A stretch of DNA of 55,293 nt, taken from a virus (Duplodnaviria; Caudoviricetes). A program made the position numbers and the translations under genes. The notes under the pieces are model-generated. The model saw only the letters and a list, made by a program, of their open reading frames with translations, ran no database searches and was not told the DNA's origin. The stretch is taken from IMG/VR virus record IMGVR_UViG_3300012940_000003, positions 1 through 55,293 of that record; one strand, given 5' to 3'. Each line of letters opens with the position of its first letter. Within the stretch, counting starts at the first letter, position 1. Below, in pieces: positions 27,953 to 36,306 of the stretch.

Positions 27953-28245
27953 GCGTCGCCTCCCATCGATCGGCGTGCAGCGTCGCCGGCCCGCCGCACC
28001 GCTTCGGATGCCTGCTCACCGGCCCGGCGCGCTGCTTCAGCGAACGGCTTCATCGTGGGTCGCGAAGCGGGTACCTCCGGCCCGACCTTGATCTCGCCCT
28101 TGGCGTAACGCGCAGCGAGCCGGCGCAGCGCCTCGCTGGCGCTGATGCCGTCGGCTTCGGCGCGCTCGGTGAGGGCGGCCCACTGTGCGTCGTCCATGCG
28201 GAGGCGCCGGAGTGGCGTGTTGCCGTGTCCTGTCTTTGCGGCCAT
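27949..28245 (-). CDS. Ribbon-helix-helix (CopG-like) regulator
   Basis: TPLRRLRMDDAQWAALTERAEADGISASEALRRL; GGAAGG RBS. Confidence 0.75.
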   Translation of the reverse strand: MAAKTGHGNTPLRRLRMDDAQWAALTERAEADGISASEALRRLAARYAKGEIKVGPEVPASRPTMKPFAEAARRAGEQASEAVRRAGDAARRSMGGDA

Positions 28246-28262
28246 GGCGCGTCCTTCCCTGC

Positions 28263-28350
28263 TGTGGGCTGTGGGTACAGCATAGCAGAGATTCTTTCGC
28301 GCAGCCTCTTGTGTTGTGGGTACAGCACGGGTTATGTTGTACCCACAACA
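28263..28350. promoter_or_regulatory. Divergent promoter with repeated TGTGGGTACAGCA operators
   Basis: Copies at 28270 and 28315, inverted copy at 28335-28350; TTGTGT-18-TATGTT promoter. Confidence 0.75.
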
Positions 28351-28372
28351 GCACAGAGGACAGGGGCCAGGG

Positions 28373-28615
28373 ATGCAGATCCTCCAGAGCATCAACCTCA
28401 CCAAGAGCACCGACGCCGACGAGCGCCACCCCGACGAGGTCACCTTCCACCTCGTCGAATGCGAGGGCCGCTACCGCGTCGAAGAGCGCACCTACTTCAA
28501 CCAGCGCGAGACGGTCCACCTCGAAACCGTCGACTGCGACACCGACGCCGACAAGGCCGGCACCACCTACCTCGACCTCATCGAGATCGCCCGCACCTAC
28601 ATGAACTTCCAGTAA
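28373..28615 (+). CDS. Small acidic hypothetical protein
   Basis: 80 aa, C-ending codons, hairpin downstream. Confidence 0.75.
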   Translation: MQILQSINLTKSTDADERHPDEVTFHLVECEGRYRVEERTYFNQRETVHLETVDCDTDADKAGTTYLDLIEIARTYMNFQ

Positions 28616-28667
28616 CCCCGAGCCCCCCGCCACGGCGGGGGGCAACCCCCTCCCGAAAGGGGCCACC

Positions 28668-28943
28668 ATGCAGCTCGACAAGCCCACCAACGACAGCCTC
28701 CACAAGTTCGTCACCCGCCTCGTGATCGGCGACTACGCCGACGACATCGACGGCGCCGTCCCGACTACCGACATCGAGGCCATCGACACCAAGCTCCGCA
28801 ACGACATCCCCCTCACCGGCGACGAGGTGAACCTCCTCATCGAGATCCTGGACGACGTCACCGACTCCGACACCCTCCACCCCGACACCGTGAAGCGACT
28901 GGCCACCGCCCTCGGCGACCTGGCCGTCAGCCTCGCCGCCTGA
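28668..28943 (+). CDS. Small acidic hypothetical protein
   Basis: 91 aa, GAAAGG RBS, hairpin downstream. Confidence 0.75.
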   Translation: MQLDKPTNDSLHKFVTRLVIGDYADDIDGAVPTTDIEAIDTKLRNDIPLTGDEVNLLIEILDDVTDSDTLHPDTVKRLATALGDLAVSLAA

Positions 28944-28990
28944 CCCCCGGCCCCCGCCACCCGGCGGGGCACCCGCACGAAGGGAACGAC

Positions 28991-29263
28991 ATGCTGGAGA
29001 AGATCGACCTCGACCGGCTGGCCATGCTCAACAGCAGCCGCTTCATCTGGTCCAATGCCGCGCCGGCCACCGACGTGCCGCTGCACGAGGCCCTGTACGC
29101 CAAGCTCAACGCACTGCGCGACGGCCAGGCCGCCGCCCCGTTCACCCCCGCAGAGAGGTCGTTCCTGGCCGGCCTGGCCCGTACGCACGTTGCGCACCAC
29201 CGCGCGGACGGCGAGGTGCGGCGAACGTTCGAGGCGCTGGCCGACAAGGTCGACGCCCTGTAG
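28991..29263 (+). CDS. Small hypothetical protein
   Basis: 90 aa, GAAGGGA RBS, hairpin followed by Ts downstream. Confidence 0.7.
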   Translation: MLEKIDLDRLAMLNSSRFIWSNAAPATDVPLHEALYAKLNALRDGQAAAPFTPAERSFLAGLARTHVAHHRADGEVRRTFEALADKVDAL

Positions 29264-29339
29264 ACCGAGCCCCCCCCCATCGCCAGCCGGTGGGGGCTTT
29301 CGCACGCCCAGGTGCGCGCGGCCGGACACACCATGTGAC

Positions 29340-29383
29340 GGTGCAGCTTGCACCATCGGCGGTGCAGACTGCACACTGATCGC
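29340..29383 (+). promoter_or_regulatory. Putative leaderless promoter for the head operon with two palindromes
   Basis: TTGCAC-18-CACACT-6-GTG; palindromes GGTGCA-gct-TGCACC and GTGCAG-a-CTGCAC. Confidence 0.6.
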
Positions 29384-29704
29384 GTGGCCGTCGCGCAGCG
29401 CACCTTCCGAAACACGTGGCGTAATGAGCGCACCAGCCGCGCCGCGCGCGCCGCACGCCGCGCCAACCGGCAGCCCCGCACCCCCCTCGCCGTCCACCTC
29501 GCCCGCGCCCTCGCCCGGGCCGTACCGAGCAGCACCGCCCTGCGCACGCTGCGCACCGTCCTGCTGTCCCTCGCCGGGCTCGGTCTCCTCTCCTACGCCG
29601 CCTGGCTCTGGCTGCACCCCCTCGGCTACGCCGCCGCCGGCCTGTCCCTGCTCGCCGTCGAGTACCTCGTCTCCAGCGACCGCGGCCGCGGCGGTGGCGG
29701 GTGA
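29384..29704 (+). CDS. Small 2-TM membrane protein preceding the portal
   Basis: Two hydrophobic segments; GTGA-coupled to the portal. Confidence 0.75.
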   Translation: MAVAQRTFRNTWRNERTSRAARAARRANRQPRTPLAVHLARALARAVPSSTALRTLRTVLLSLAGLGLLSYAAWLWLHPLGYAAAGLSLLAVEYLVSSDRGRGGGG

Positions 29705-32679
29705 GGTCCCCGCTCGGCGCCCTCGTCGACGCCGTCCGCGGGAAGACCTCCGCCGACGCGCAGCCCCCCGTCCCGTACGTCAGCAGGGCGTACGCCAACG
29801 GCGCCCGCTACGGCACCGCCCTGTACGGGACCGGCAGCAGCGAACAGCAGATGCGCGCCATGGGCAGCGTGGGCACGCTCTGGTCGGTCGTCCACCACCT
29901 GTCCGTCGACACGTCCCGCGCCTGCTGGCGTCTCTACCGGTCGGCGGCGTCGGGCAAGGCGGAGGACCGCGTCGAGGTCACGAGCCACGCCGCGCTCGAC
30001 CTCGTCCGCCGGCCGAACAAGTTCATGCCCTGGCAGGAGTTCATCGAGGTCGGGCAACAGCACCTCGACCTCACCGGCGAGCAGTGGTGGGTGATCGCCC
30101 GCAGCGAGCGGGCCCGCTCCCTGCCGCTCGAACTGTGGCCCGTCCGCCCGGACCGGATGCTCCCCATCCCCGACCCGCAGCGCTTCCTGGCCGGCTACCT
30201 GTACCTCGGCCCCGACGGCGAGCAGATCCCCCTCGAACTCGACCAGGTGATCATGCTCAGGATGCCCAACCCCCTCGACCCGTACCGGGGGATGGGGCCG
30301 GTGCAGGCGCTGCTCGCCGACCTCGACGCCACCCGCTACAGCGCCGAGTGGAACCGGAACTTCTTCGCCAACAGCGCCGAGCCGGGCGGAATCATCGAGG
30401 TCCCCGAGATCCTCGGCGACGAGGACTTCGACCGGCTGCGCGCGCGGTGGTCCGAGCAGCACCGCGGCGTCGCGAACGCCCACCGCGTGGCGATCTTGGA
30501 GCACGGCCGCTGGGTCGACCGGAAGCTGTCGCAGCGCGACATGCAGTTCGCCGAGCTGCGCGACGTCTCCCGGGAGATCATCCGCGAGGCGTACGGGATC
30601 CCGGAGTTCGTACTCGGCCTGATGGAGAACGCCAACCGCGCGTCCGCCCTGGCCAGCGAGGACATGTACGCGCGGCACCTCATCGAGCCCAGGTTGGAGC
30701 GGATCAAGGCCGCGCTCAACACCGAACTGCTCCCCATGTACGGCGCGAGCGGCCTGGAGTTCGACTACGACCCCGTGTCGCCCGACGACCAGGAGCTGAA
30801 CGCCGAGGCCCTGACCGCCAAGGCACAGGCCGCGGCCGCATTGGTCGCCGCCGGCTACGACCCGGCCGACGTCCTCGGCACGGTCGACCTGCCGGAGATG
30901 GCCTACGTCGGCGGCCCGGCCGCGCTCACCCCGCCCCCACCCGCCGCCCCTGCTGGGCCGGCCGAGCCTGCCCCGGCCGCTCCACCCGTCGACGAGTTCA
31001 CCCGCATCGTCGCCCGCCTGCTCAACGCCGACGGCCAGCCGCAGGAGCAGGAGCCCCCGCCGCCCGGCCAGCTGCCCGACATCACCGCGATGCAGGCCGC
31101 CTACATCGCCGCGCTCACCGCCCTGCTCACCGCCATCGCCGAAGCCATCGCCGCCTGGATCAGCGCGCTGATCGACGCCATCCGCTCCGCTCTGCGCGGC
31201 GGCGGGGGACTGGCCGGCGTGCAGGTCCCCGACGTCGCCGTCGGCGAGGTCACCCGCCACATCCACGAGGCGATGACCCGGGTGGCGCACGAGGCCGCCG
31301 ACCAGGTCGTGCAGGAAGCGGCCGACCAGGACGTGACCATCGAGCCGGGCCACGTCGACGACGAGCAGCTCGGCAGGCTGGCCAACGACGCCGCCCGGGC
31401 CGTGGCCGACAACATGGCCGCCCGGGCGCGCCGCTCTGCGTCCCGCCGCCGTCCGGCCGGGCCGCTGTCCGACGACGACGTCGACCGGATCGCCGAGGGC
31501 GTACGCGGCGAGCTCGAGCGCGACGCCGAGTCCATGCAGCGCGCCGACCTCGGCCCGGCCGTGCACCAGGGCCAGCACGAGGGGCGGCTCGCCACCCTGC
31601 GCGACAGCGAGCCCCTGCTGACCCCGACGCCGGCGTACTACGGCAGCGAGCAGAACGACGGCAACACCTGCGCCCTGTGCCGCGAGGTGGACGGCCGGTG
31701 GCTCGGCAACACCCTGGCCAAGGCCCTGGAGGAGTACCCGACCGGCGGCTACATCCGATGCCTCGGCGGCGAGCGGTGCCGCGGCACGATCGTCGCGACG
31801 TACCGGCCGGAGACGACGACCAACCCGCACCCCGACGAGCCGGGGTACGAGAAGCGGCCGGTGCCGCCGCCCGGGCAGGAGCCGCCGCCCGCCGAGCAGC
31901 CGCCGGACGAGCCGGAGCCAGGCCCGCAGCCCGAACCGCAGCCCGAACCTGCATCGGAGCCGGAGCCGGACGAGTCGTGGCACCGCGACACCAGCGACCT
32001 GCAGGACACCGTCCGCGACGTCCGCGAGCACGACATCGAGGGCGAGCCGCTGACCGGCGGCCAGTCCGCGCGCGTCGACCTGTTCACCGACTCCCGCGGC
32101 CGGAAGATCGTCCGTAAGACCGAAGACACCACGCAGGGCGACCCCGAGTACGCGCGCTACCAGCTCGACGCCGAACGCCTCGCAGCGCAGGTCGCCGACG
32201 CCGTCGGCGCCAACGTCCCCCGCGTCTACAGCGACGACCCCGACTCCGTGTGGTTCGAGTACATCGACGGCCGCCCGTTCGAGTCCCAGTACGGCGACGA
32301 CCGGAACCTCATCACCGGCCCGGACGGGATCCGCCTCGGCCTGCTGGACGCCCTCACCGGCAACCAGGACCGGATGGGCAACATGCTCATCACCCCCGAC
32401 GGCCGGCTGACCGGCATAGACCAGGGGGACGCCTGGTCACAGCTCGCCCTCGGCAACCCCTCGCCGTACCTGCGTGAGCCGAACTCGCCCATGAGCAACT
32501 GGCTCAACCCGGACGGCACGCCGAAGGCCTCGCCCCCATTCACCCGCGCGCAGGCCGAACAGCTCCGCCGCCGTCTGGAGTCGCTCCGGCCGGCGTTCGA
32601 CGCGGCGGGCCGCGGCGCCTGGCTGGACTGGACGCTGCGGCAGCTGGCCGCCATCGAGCAGATCATCGAGGAGGACTGA
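29701..32679 (+). CDS. Portal protein fused to a MuF-like domain and a C-terminal kinase-like domain
   Basis: HK97-type portal motifs (LTGEQWW, ELWPVRPDRM, GMGPV, FFANSAEPGGII, DMQFAE, AYGIP); CALC...C...CRG; K, E, NQDRMGN and IDQG kinase-like motifs. Confidence 0.9.
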   Translation: MRSPLGALVDAVRGKTSADAQPPVPYVSRAYANGARYGTALYGTGSSEQQMRAMGSVGTLWSVVHHLSVDTSRACWRLYRSAASGKAEDRVEVTSHAALDLVRRPNKFMPWQEFIEVGQQHLDLTGEQWWVIARSERARSLPLELWPVRPDRMLPIPDPQRFLAGYLYLGPDGEQIPLELDQVIMLRMPNPLDPYRGMGPVQALLADLDATRYSAEWNRNFFANSAEPGGIIEVPEILGDEDFDRLRARWSEQHRGVANAHRVAILEHGRWVDRKLSQRDMQFAELRDVSREIIREAYGIPEFVLGLMENANRASALASEDMYARHLIEPRLERIKAALNTELLPMYGASGLEFDYDPVSPDDQELNAEALTAKAQAAAALVAAGYDPADVLGTVDLPEMAYVGGPAALTPPPPAAPAGPAEPAPAAPPVDEFTRIVARLLNADGQPQEQEPPPPGQLPDITAMQAAYIAALTALLTAIAEAIAAWISALIDAIRSALRGGGGLAGVQVPDVAVGEVTRHIHEAMTRVAHEAADQVVQEAADQDVTIEPGHVDDEQLGRLANDAARAVADNMAARARRSASRRRPAGPLSDDDVDRIAEGVRGELERDAESMQRADLGPAVHQGQHEGRLATLRDSEPLLTPTPAYYGSEQNDGNTCALCREVDGRWLGNTLAKALEEYPTGGYIRCLGGERCRGTIVATYRPETTTNPHPDEPGYEKRPVPPPGQEPPPAEQPPDEPEPGPQPEPQPEPASEPEPDESWHRDTSDLQDTVRDVREHDIEGEPLTGGQSARVDLFTDSRGRKIVRKTEDTTQGDPEYARYQLDAERLAAQVADAVGANVPRVYSDDPDSVWFEYIDGRPFESQYGDDRNLITGPDGIRLGLLDALTGNQDRMGNMLITPDGRLTGIDQGDAWSQLALGNPSPYLREPNSPMSNWLNPDGTPKASPPFTRAQAEQLRRRLESLRPAFDAAGRGAWLDWTLRQLAAIEQIIEED

Positions 32680-33887
32680 TGCCGCGCATGCTTGACCGTG
32701 CGGTCATGTCGCAGGTCTGGCGCGTGCTCAACGCCCGCGACGCCAAGCCCCGCCCGGACCGTACGGACCGGCCCGGTATCCAGGCCAACGCGGCCACCGC
32801 CACCGAGCCCGCCGAGCTCTACCTGTACGACGAGATCGGGTTCTGGGGCATCTGCGCGGCAGACGTCGCCGCCGCCCTGTCCAGCCTCCGCGGCAGCGAC
32901 CTGCACCTGAAGGTGAACAGCCCCGGCGGCGACGTGTTCGACGGCGTCGCGATCTACAACACCCTGCTCGCCTACCCCGGCAAGGTGACGGTCACCGTCG
33001 ACGGGCTGGCCGCCTCGTCTGCGTCGCTGATCGCGATGGCCGGCGACCAGGTGGTCATGTCCCGCGCCAGCCAGATGATGATCCACGACGCGTCCGGGCT
33101 GGTCATCGGTAACGCCGCCGACATGTACCAGTACGCGGAAGTCCTCGACAAGGTCAGCGACATGATCGCCGGAACGTACGCGGACCGAGCCGGCGGCGAG
33201 GTCACGGCCTGGCGGGACATCATGCGCGCGGAGACCTGGTACGCGCCGGACGAGGCGGTCGCTGCCGGGCTGGCCGACGCGGTGCTGCCCCGCCGAGGCG
33301 ACGGCCAGGACGACGAGGAACCGGAGGAGGAACCGGAGACCGCGCCGCGCAAGCCGGCCATGGCCACCTGGGACCTGTCCGGCTTCCGACACCTCGGCCG
33401 CGACGCCGCACCCACCCCGCCCACCGACCTCCGCGCGGAGGCCCGGCCGACCGACGCGGCGGCGCCGAAGCACGACACCGCGGTCGAGGACGGCACGTGG
33501 GACGCGGGCGCGAACGAGCGGCGGTTGCCGTCCCCGATGCCGGTCTCGACGGCGAGGCGGGTGTACGGGGCGTGGGACGACGACGCCGTCGAAGACGGCC
33601 AGGTCACCAAGGCGGCCTGCCACCTCCCGCACCACTTCGTCTCGCCGGACGGCACGCCCGGCGCGGCCAGCGTCGCGGGCGTACGGAACGCGCTCGCCCG
33701 GCTGAGCCAGACGGAGGGGCTCAGCGACGCCGAGCGCGCCCAGGTCGAGGCGCACCTGCGCGCGCACCTCGACAAGTTCAACGGCGACGACGGCGGCGCG
33801 GACGACGCGTGGGCCGAGCAGATCGCCCACCTCACCCAACCCGACAGGGCGGACGACGAGTTCGCACGACTGATGGAGGCACTGTGA
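32679..33887 (+). CDS. ClpP-family head maturation protease with a C-terminal extension
   Basis: VNSPGGDVFDG, GLAASSAS (Ser), MMIHDA (His) and ETWY..DEAVAAGLAD motifs. Confidence 0.93.
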   Translation: MPRMLDRAVMSQVWRVLNARDAKPRPDRTDRPGIQANAATATEPAELYLYDEIGFWGICAADVAAALSSLRGSDLHLKVNSPGGDVFDGVAIYNTLLAYPGKVTVTVDGLAASSASLIAMAGDQVVMSRASQMMIHDASGLVIGNAADMYQYAEVLDKVSDMIAGTYADRAGGEVTAWRDIMRAETWYAPDEAVAAGLADAVLPRRGDGQDDEEPEEEPETAPRKPAMATWDLSGFRHLGRDAAPTPPTDLRAEARPTDAAAPKHDTAVEDGTWDAGANERRLPSPMPVSTARRVYGAWDDDAVEDGQVTKAACHLPHHFVSPDGTPGAASVAGVRNALARLSQTEGLSDAERAQVEAHLRAHLDKFNGDDGGADDAWAEQIAHLTQPDRADDEFARLMEAL

Positions 33888-35275
33888 CGACCAGCGGCGT
33901 CCTGCCCAAGGACACCCCGATCCCGAAGAACGGCAACGAACTCGCCGAGTTCATCGCCGACGGCGGCCGCTTCAAGGCCGTCGCCGCGAGCAAGGAAGCA
34001 CTCGTCGCGTTCATTCAGGCGTACGCGAACGAGCAGCAGGCCGACGGCACCGAGCTGCAGCGCATCGTGAACGAGCAGGTCCAGAAGGGCCTCGCCGACT
34101 TCCTGCGCGAGAACGGCGTCGACGAGCTGACCCGCCCCGACCTGCGCACCAAGGCCGCCACCGACCCGTACGCCAACGTCTCCGCCGTCGCGAAGGCACA
34201 GGGCCTGTACAACAAGTCCGCGATCGGCGCCGGCGTGGACGACCTGTTCGAGAACTCCGGCGAGTACTTCAAGGCGGTATGGCGCGGCAACGGCCGCCGC
34301 GAGACCGAGGAACTGCGCGGCAAGCTGGAGAAGCTCCGCAACTTCTCCAGCGACGTGCCCTCCGACGGCGGGTTCCTGATCCCCGAGACGCTCCGCTCGG
34401 AGCTGCTGCGCGTTTCGCTGGAGACTGCGCTCGTCCGGCCGCGCGCCCGCGTCGTGCCGATGGAGACGCTGCGGGTGCCGTTCCCCGCCATCGACTCGAC
34501 GACCAACGTCGGCTCGGTGTACGGCGGCATCACCGGCTTCTGGACGGAGGAGTCCGGGAAGCTCACTGGCACCAAGCCGCGCTTCGGCAGGGTCGTGCTC
34601 GACGCGAAGAAGCTGACCGCCTACACCGAGGTTCCCGAGGAACTTCTGTCGGACAGCCTGATCTCGCTGACGATGTTCATCGACCAGATGTTCCCCGAGG
34701 CGCTGGCGTTCTTCGAGGACCTGGCGTTCCTCACCGGCTCCGGCGTGGGCGAGCCGCTCGGCGTGCTCAACGGCGCGGCCGCGATTCCCGTACCGCGGGC
34801 CACCGCCAGCGCGATCAAGTTCACCGACGTCGTCAACATGTTCTCCCGCATGCTGCCGCAGTCGATGCCGCGGTCGGTGTGGATCGCGAGCATCGACACG
34901 TTCCCGCAGCTCGCGAGCATGGTCATCTCCGACGCCAACGGCGTCGCGTCCCCGGCCGTGTGGCTGAACAACGGCCAGGTCATCGGCGCCCCGCCCATGA
35001 CGATCCTCGGCAGGCCGGTCGTGTTCACCGAGAAGACCCCGGCGCTCGGCTCGGCTGGCGACCTCAGCCTCGTGGACTTCGGCTTCTACCTGATCGGCGA
35101 CCGGCAGGCGATGCAGGCCCGCCAGTCCGACGACTTCAAGTTCGACGTCGACGAGGTCGCGTTCAGGATCATCGAGCGCGTCGACGGCCGCCCGTGGCTG
35201 CAGTCCGCGATCACGCCGGCGAACGGCGGCCCGACGCTGTCCCCGATCGTCAAGCTCAAGGCCGAGACCTCCTGA
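33884..35275 (+). CDS. Major capsid protein (HK97 fold)
   Basis: GGFLIPE, W..E, KL..Y..V.EELL.DS, FLTG.G..EPLG and ILGRPV motifs. Confidence 0.95.
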   Translation: MTTSGVLPKDTPIPKNGNELAEFIADGGRFKAVAASKEALVAFIQAYANEQQADGTELQRIVNEQVQKGLADFLRENGVDELTRPDLRTKAATDPYANVSAVAKAQGLYNKSAIGAGVDDLFENSGEYFKAVWRGNGRRETEELRGKLEKLRNFSSDVPSDGGFLIPETLRSELLRVSLETALVRPRARVVPMETLRVPFPAIDSTTNVGSVYGGITGFWTEESGKLTGTKPRFGRVVLDAKKLTAYTEVPEELLSDSLISLTMFIDQMFPEALAFFEDLAFLTGSGVGEPLGVLNGAAAIPVPRATASAIKFTDVVNMFSRMLPQSMPRSVWIASIDTFPQLASMVISDANGVASPAVWLNNGQVIGAPPMTILGRPVVFTEKTPALGSAGDLSLVDFGFYLIGDRQAMQARQSDDFKFDVDEVAFRIIERVDGRPWLQSAITPANGGPTLSPIVKLKAETS

Positions 35276-35319
35276 CGGCGGCCTGACCAGCAGTAACAGA
35301 AGGGAATCAGGTACCGATC

Positions 35320-35832
35320 ATGGAAGCACTCGGACGGCTGATCGACGTCGTCGCGGGCGCCGCGCCGGTCGACCTCAGCTCGGCTGCGGTCACCGGCAAG
35401 CGCGTCCACCTGAAGAACGCCAGCGGCGTGACCATCGTCCTGTTCAAGGGCGCCGGCACCGCGGGCGACGACCCGACGGTCACGCTGAAGCAGCACACCG
35501 CGGCGACCGGCGGCACCACGTCGAACCTCGCGGTGATCGACCACTACTACCTGAAGGACGCGGCCACGCTGGCCGGGTCCGAGACCTGGGTCAAGAAGAC
35601 CCAGAGCGTGGCCGCGACGATCGCCGACCCGGGCGGCGCCGGCACCTCGGCGGAGCACCAGCAGATCGTGGTGATCGAAGTCAACACGGCGCAGCTCTCG
35701 GACGACTACGAGTGGATCTCGCTCGACGTGGCCGACGTGGGCACCAACGCGCAGCTCGGCGCGGTCCTGTACCTGCTGCACGACCTGAACGTGCAGCGGT
35801 CGCCCGAGCAGCTGGCCAACCCGCAGGCGTAG
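35320..35832 (+). CDS. Putative capsid decoration/cement protein
   Basis: Beta-rich, directly after the MCP. Confidence 0.65.
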   Translation: MEALGRLIDVVAGAAPVDLSSAAVTGKRVHLKNASGVTIVLFKGAGTAGDDPTVTLKQHTAATGGTTSNLAVIDHYYLKDAATLAGSETWVKKTQSVAATIADPGGAGTSAEHQQIVVIEVNTAQLSDDYEWISLDVADVGTNAQLGAVLYLLHDLNVQRSPEQLANPQA

Positions 35833-35851
35833 ACGGAGAGGGGTGCGGGCG

Positions 35852-36280
35852 GTGAGCGTACGGGTCTGCGTCGACTGCACGGCGTCGTACGCGGTGGACC
35901 TGGCGAACTGCCCGCACTGCCGCTCCGAGCGCGCCGAGATCTACGACGGCGACCCGTACAGGGGAGACAACATGCCGAAGATCACCCGCCACGGCGGGGC
36001 CACCAACGCCGCCGCCGAGCCGCCCGGCGTGCCGGTCCTCGTCGGTGAGCCCGGCCCCGAGCTGGAGATGCCGGCCGACGGCGATGAGGGAGGTGCGCCA
36101 TCTCCTGGGAGCAGCTCCGGGACATCTACAACGAAGCCTCCGGCTACGTCCGCCAGGAGCAGGAGCAACCGCCGGAGGCCTGCCCGAACGACGGAGAGCC
36201 ACTCACCGCGGGCCCCCAGGGCGGCCTCTTCTGCAAGTACGACGGCTACCGCTGGCCCGAAGACGGACGCTGACGCCTGA
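35852..36280 (+). CDS. Zn-ribbon protein with a low-complexity tail
   Basis: CVDC...CPHC; possible internal start MPKIT at 35972. Confidence 0.6.
   Translation: MSVRVCVDCTASYAVDLANCPHCRSERAEIYDGDPYRGDNMPKITRHGGATNAAAEPPGVPVLVGEPGPELEMPADGDEGGAPSPGSSSGTSTTKPPATSARSRSNRRRPARTTESHSPRAPRAASSASTTATAGPKTDADA
36100..36273 (+). CDS. 57-aa overlapping protein with a probable ATC start
   Basis: GGAGGT-gcgcc-ATC; ISWEQLRDIYNEA...ACPNDGEPL...LFCKYDGYRWP; in-frame stop at 36085. Confidence 0.65.
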   Translation: MSWEQLRDIYNEASGYVRQEQEQPPEACPNDGEPLTAGPQGGLFCKYDGYRWPEDGR

Positions 36281-36306
36281 CGACGATCACGCGAGGGAGG
36301 TGAACC

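Noticed and set aside
29055-32117. Long alternative-frame and antisense ORFs (e.g. 29055-32117, 29626-32031, 44117-46516, 50704-52998)
   Set aside because: Arg/Pro/Gly-rich shadow ORFs expected in high-GC DNA, overlapping motif-supported genes
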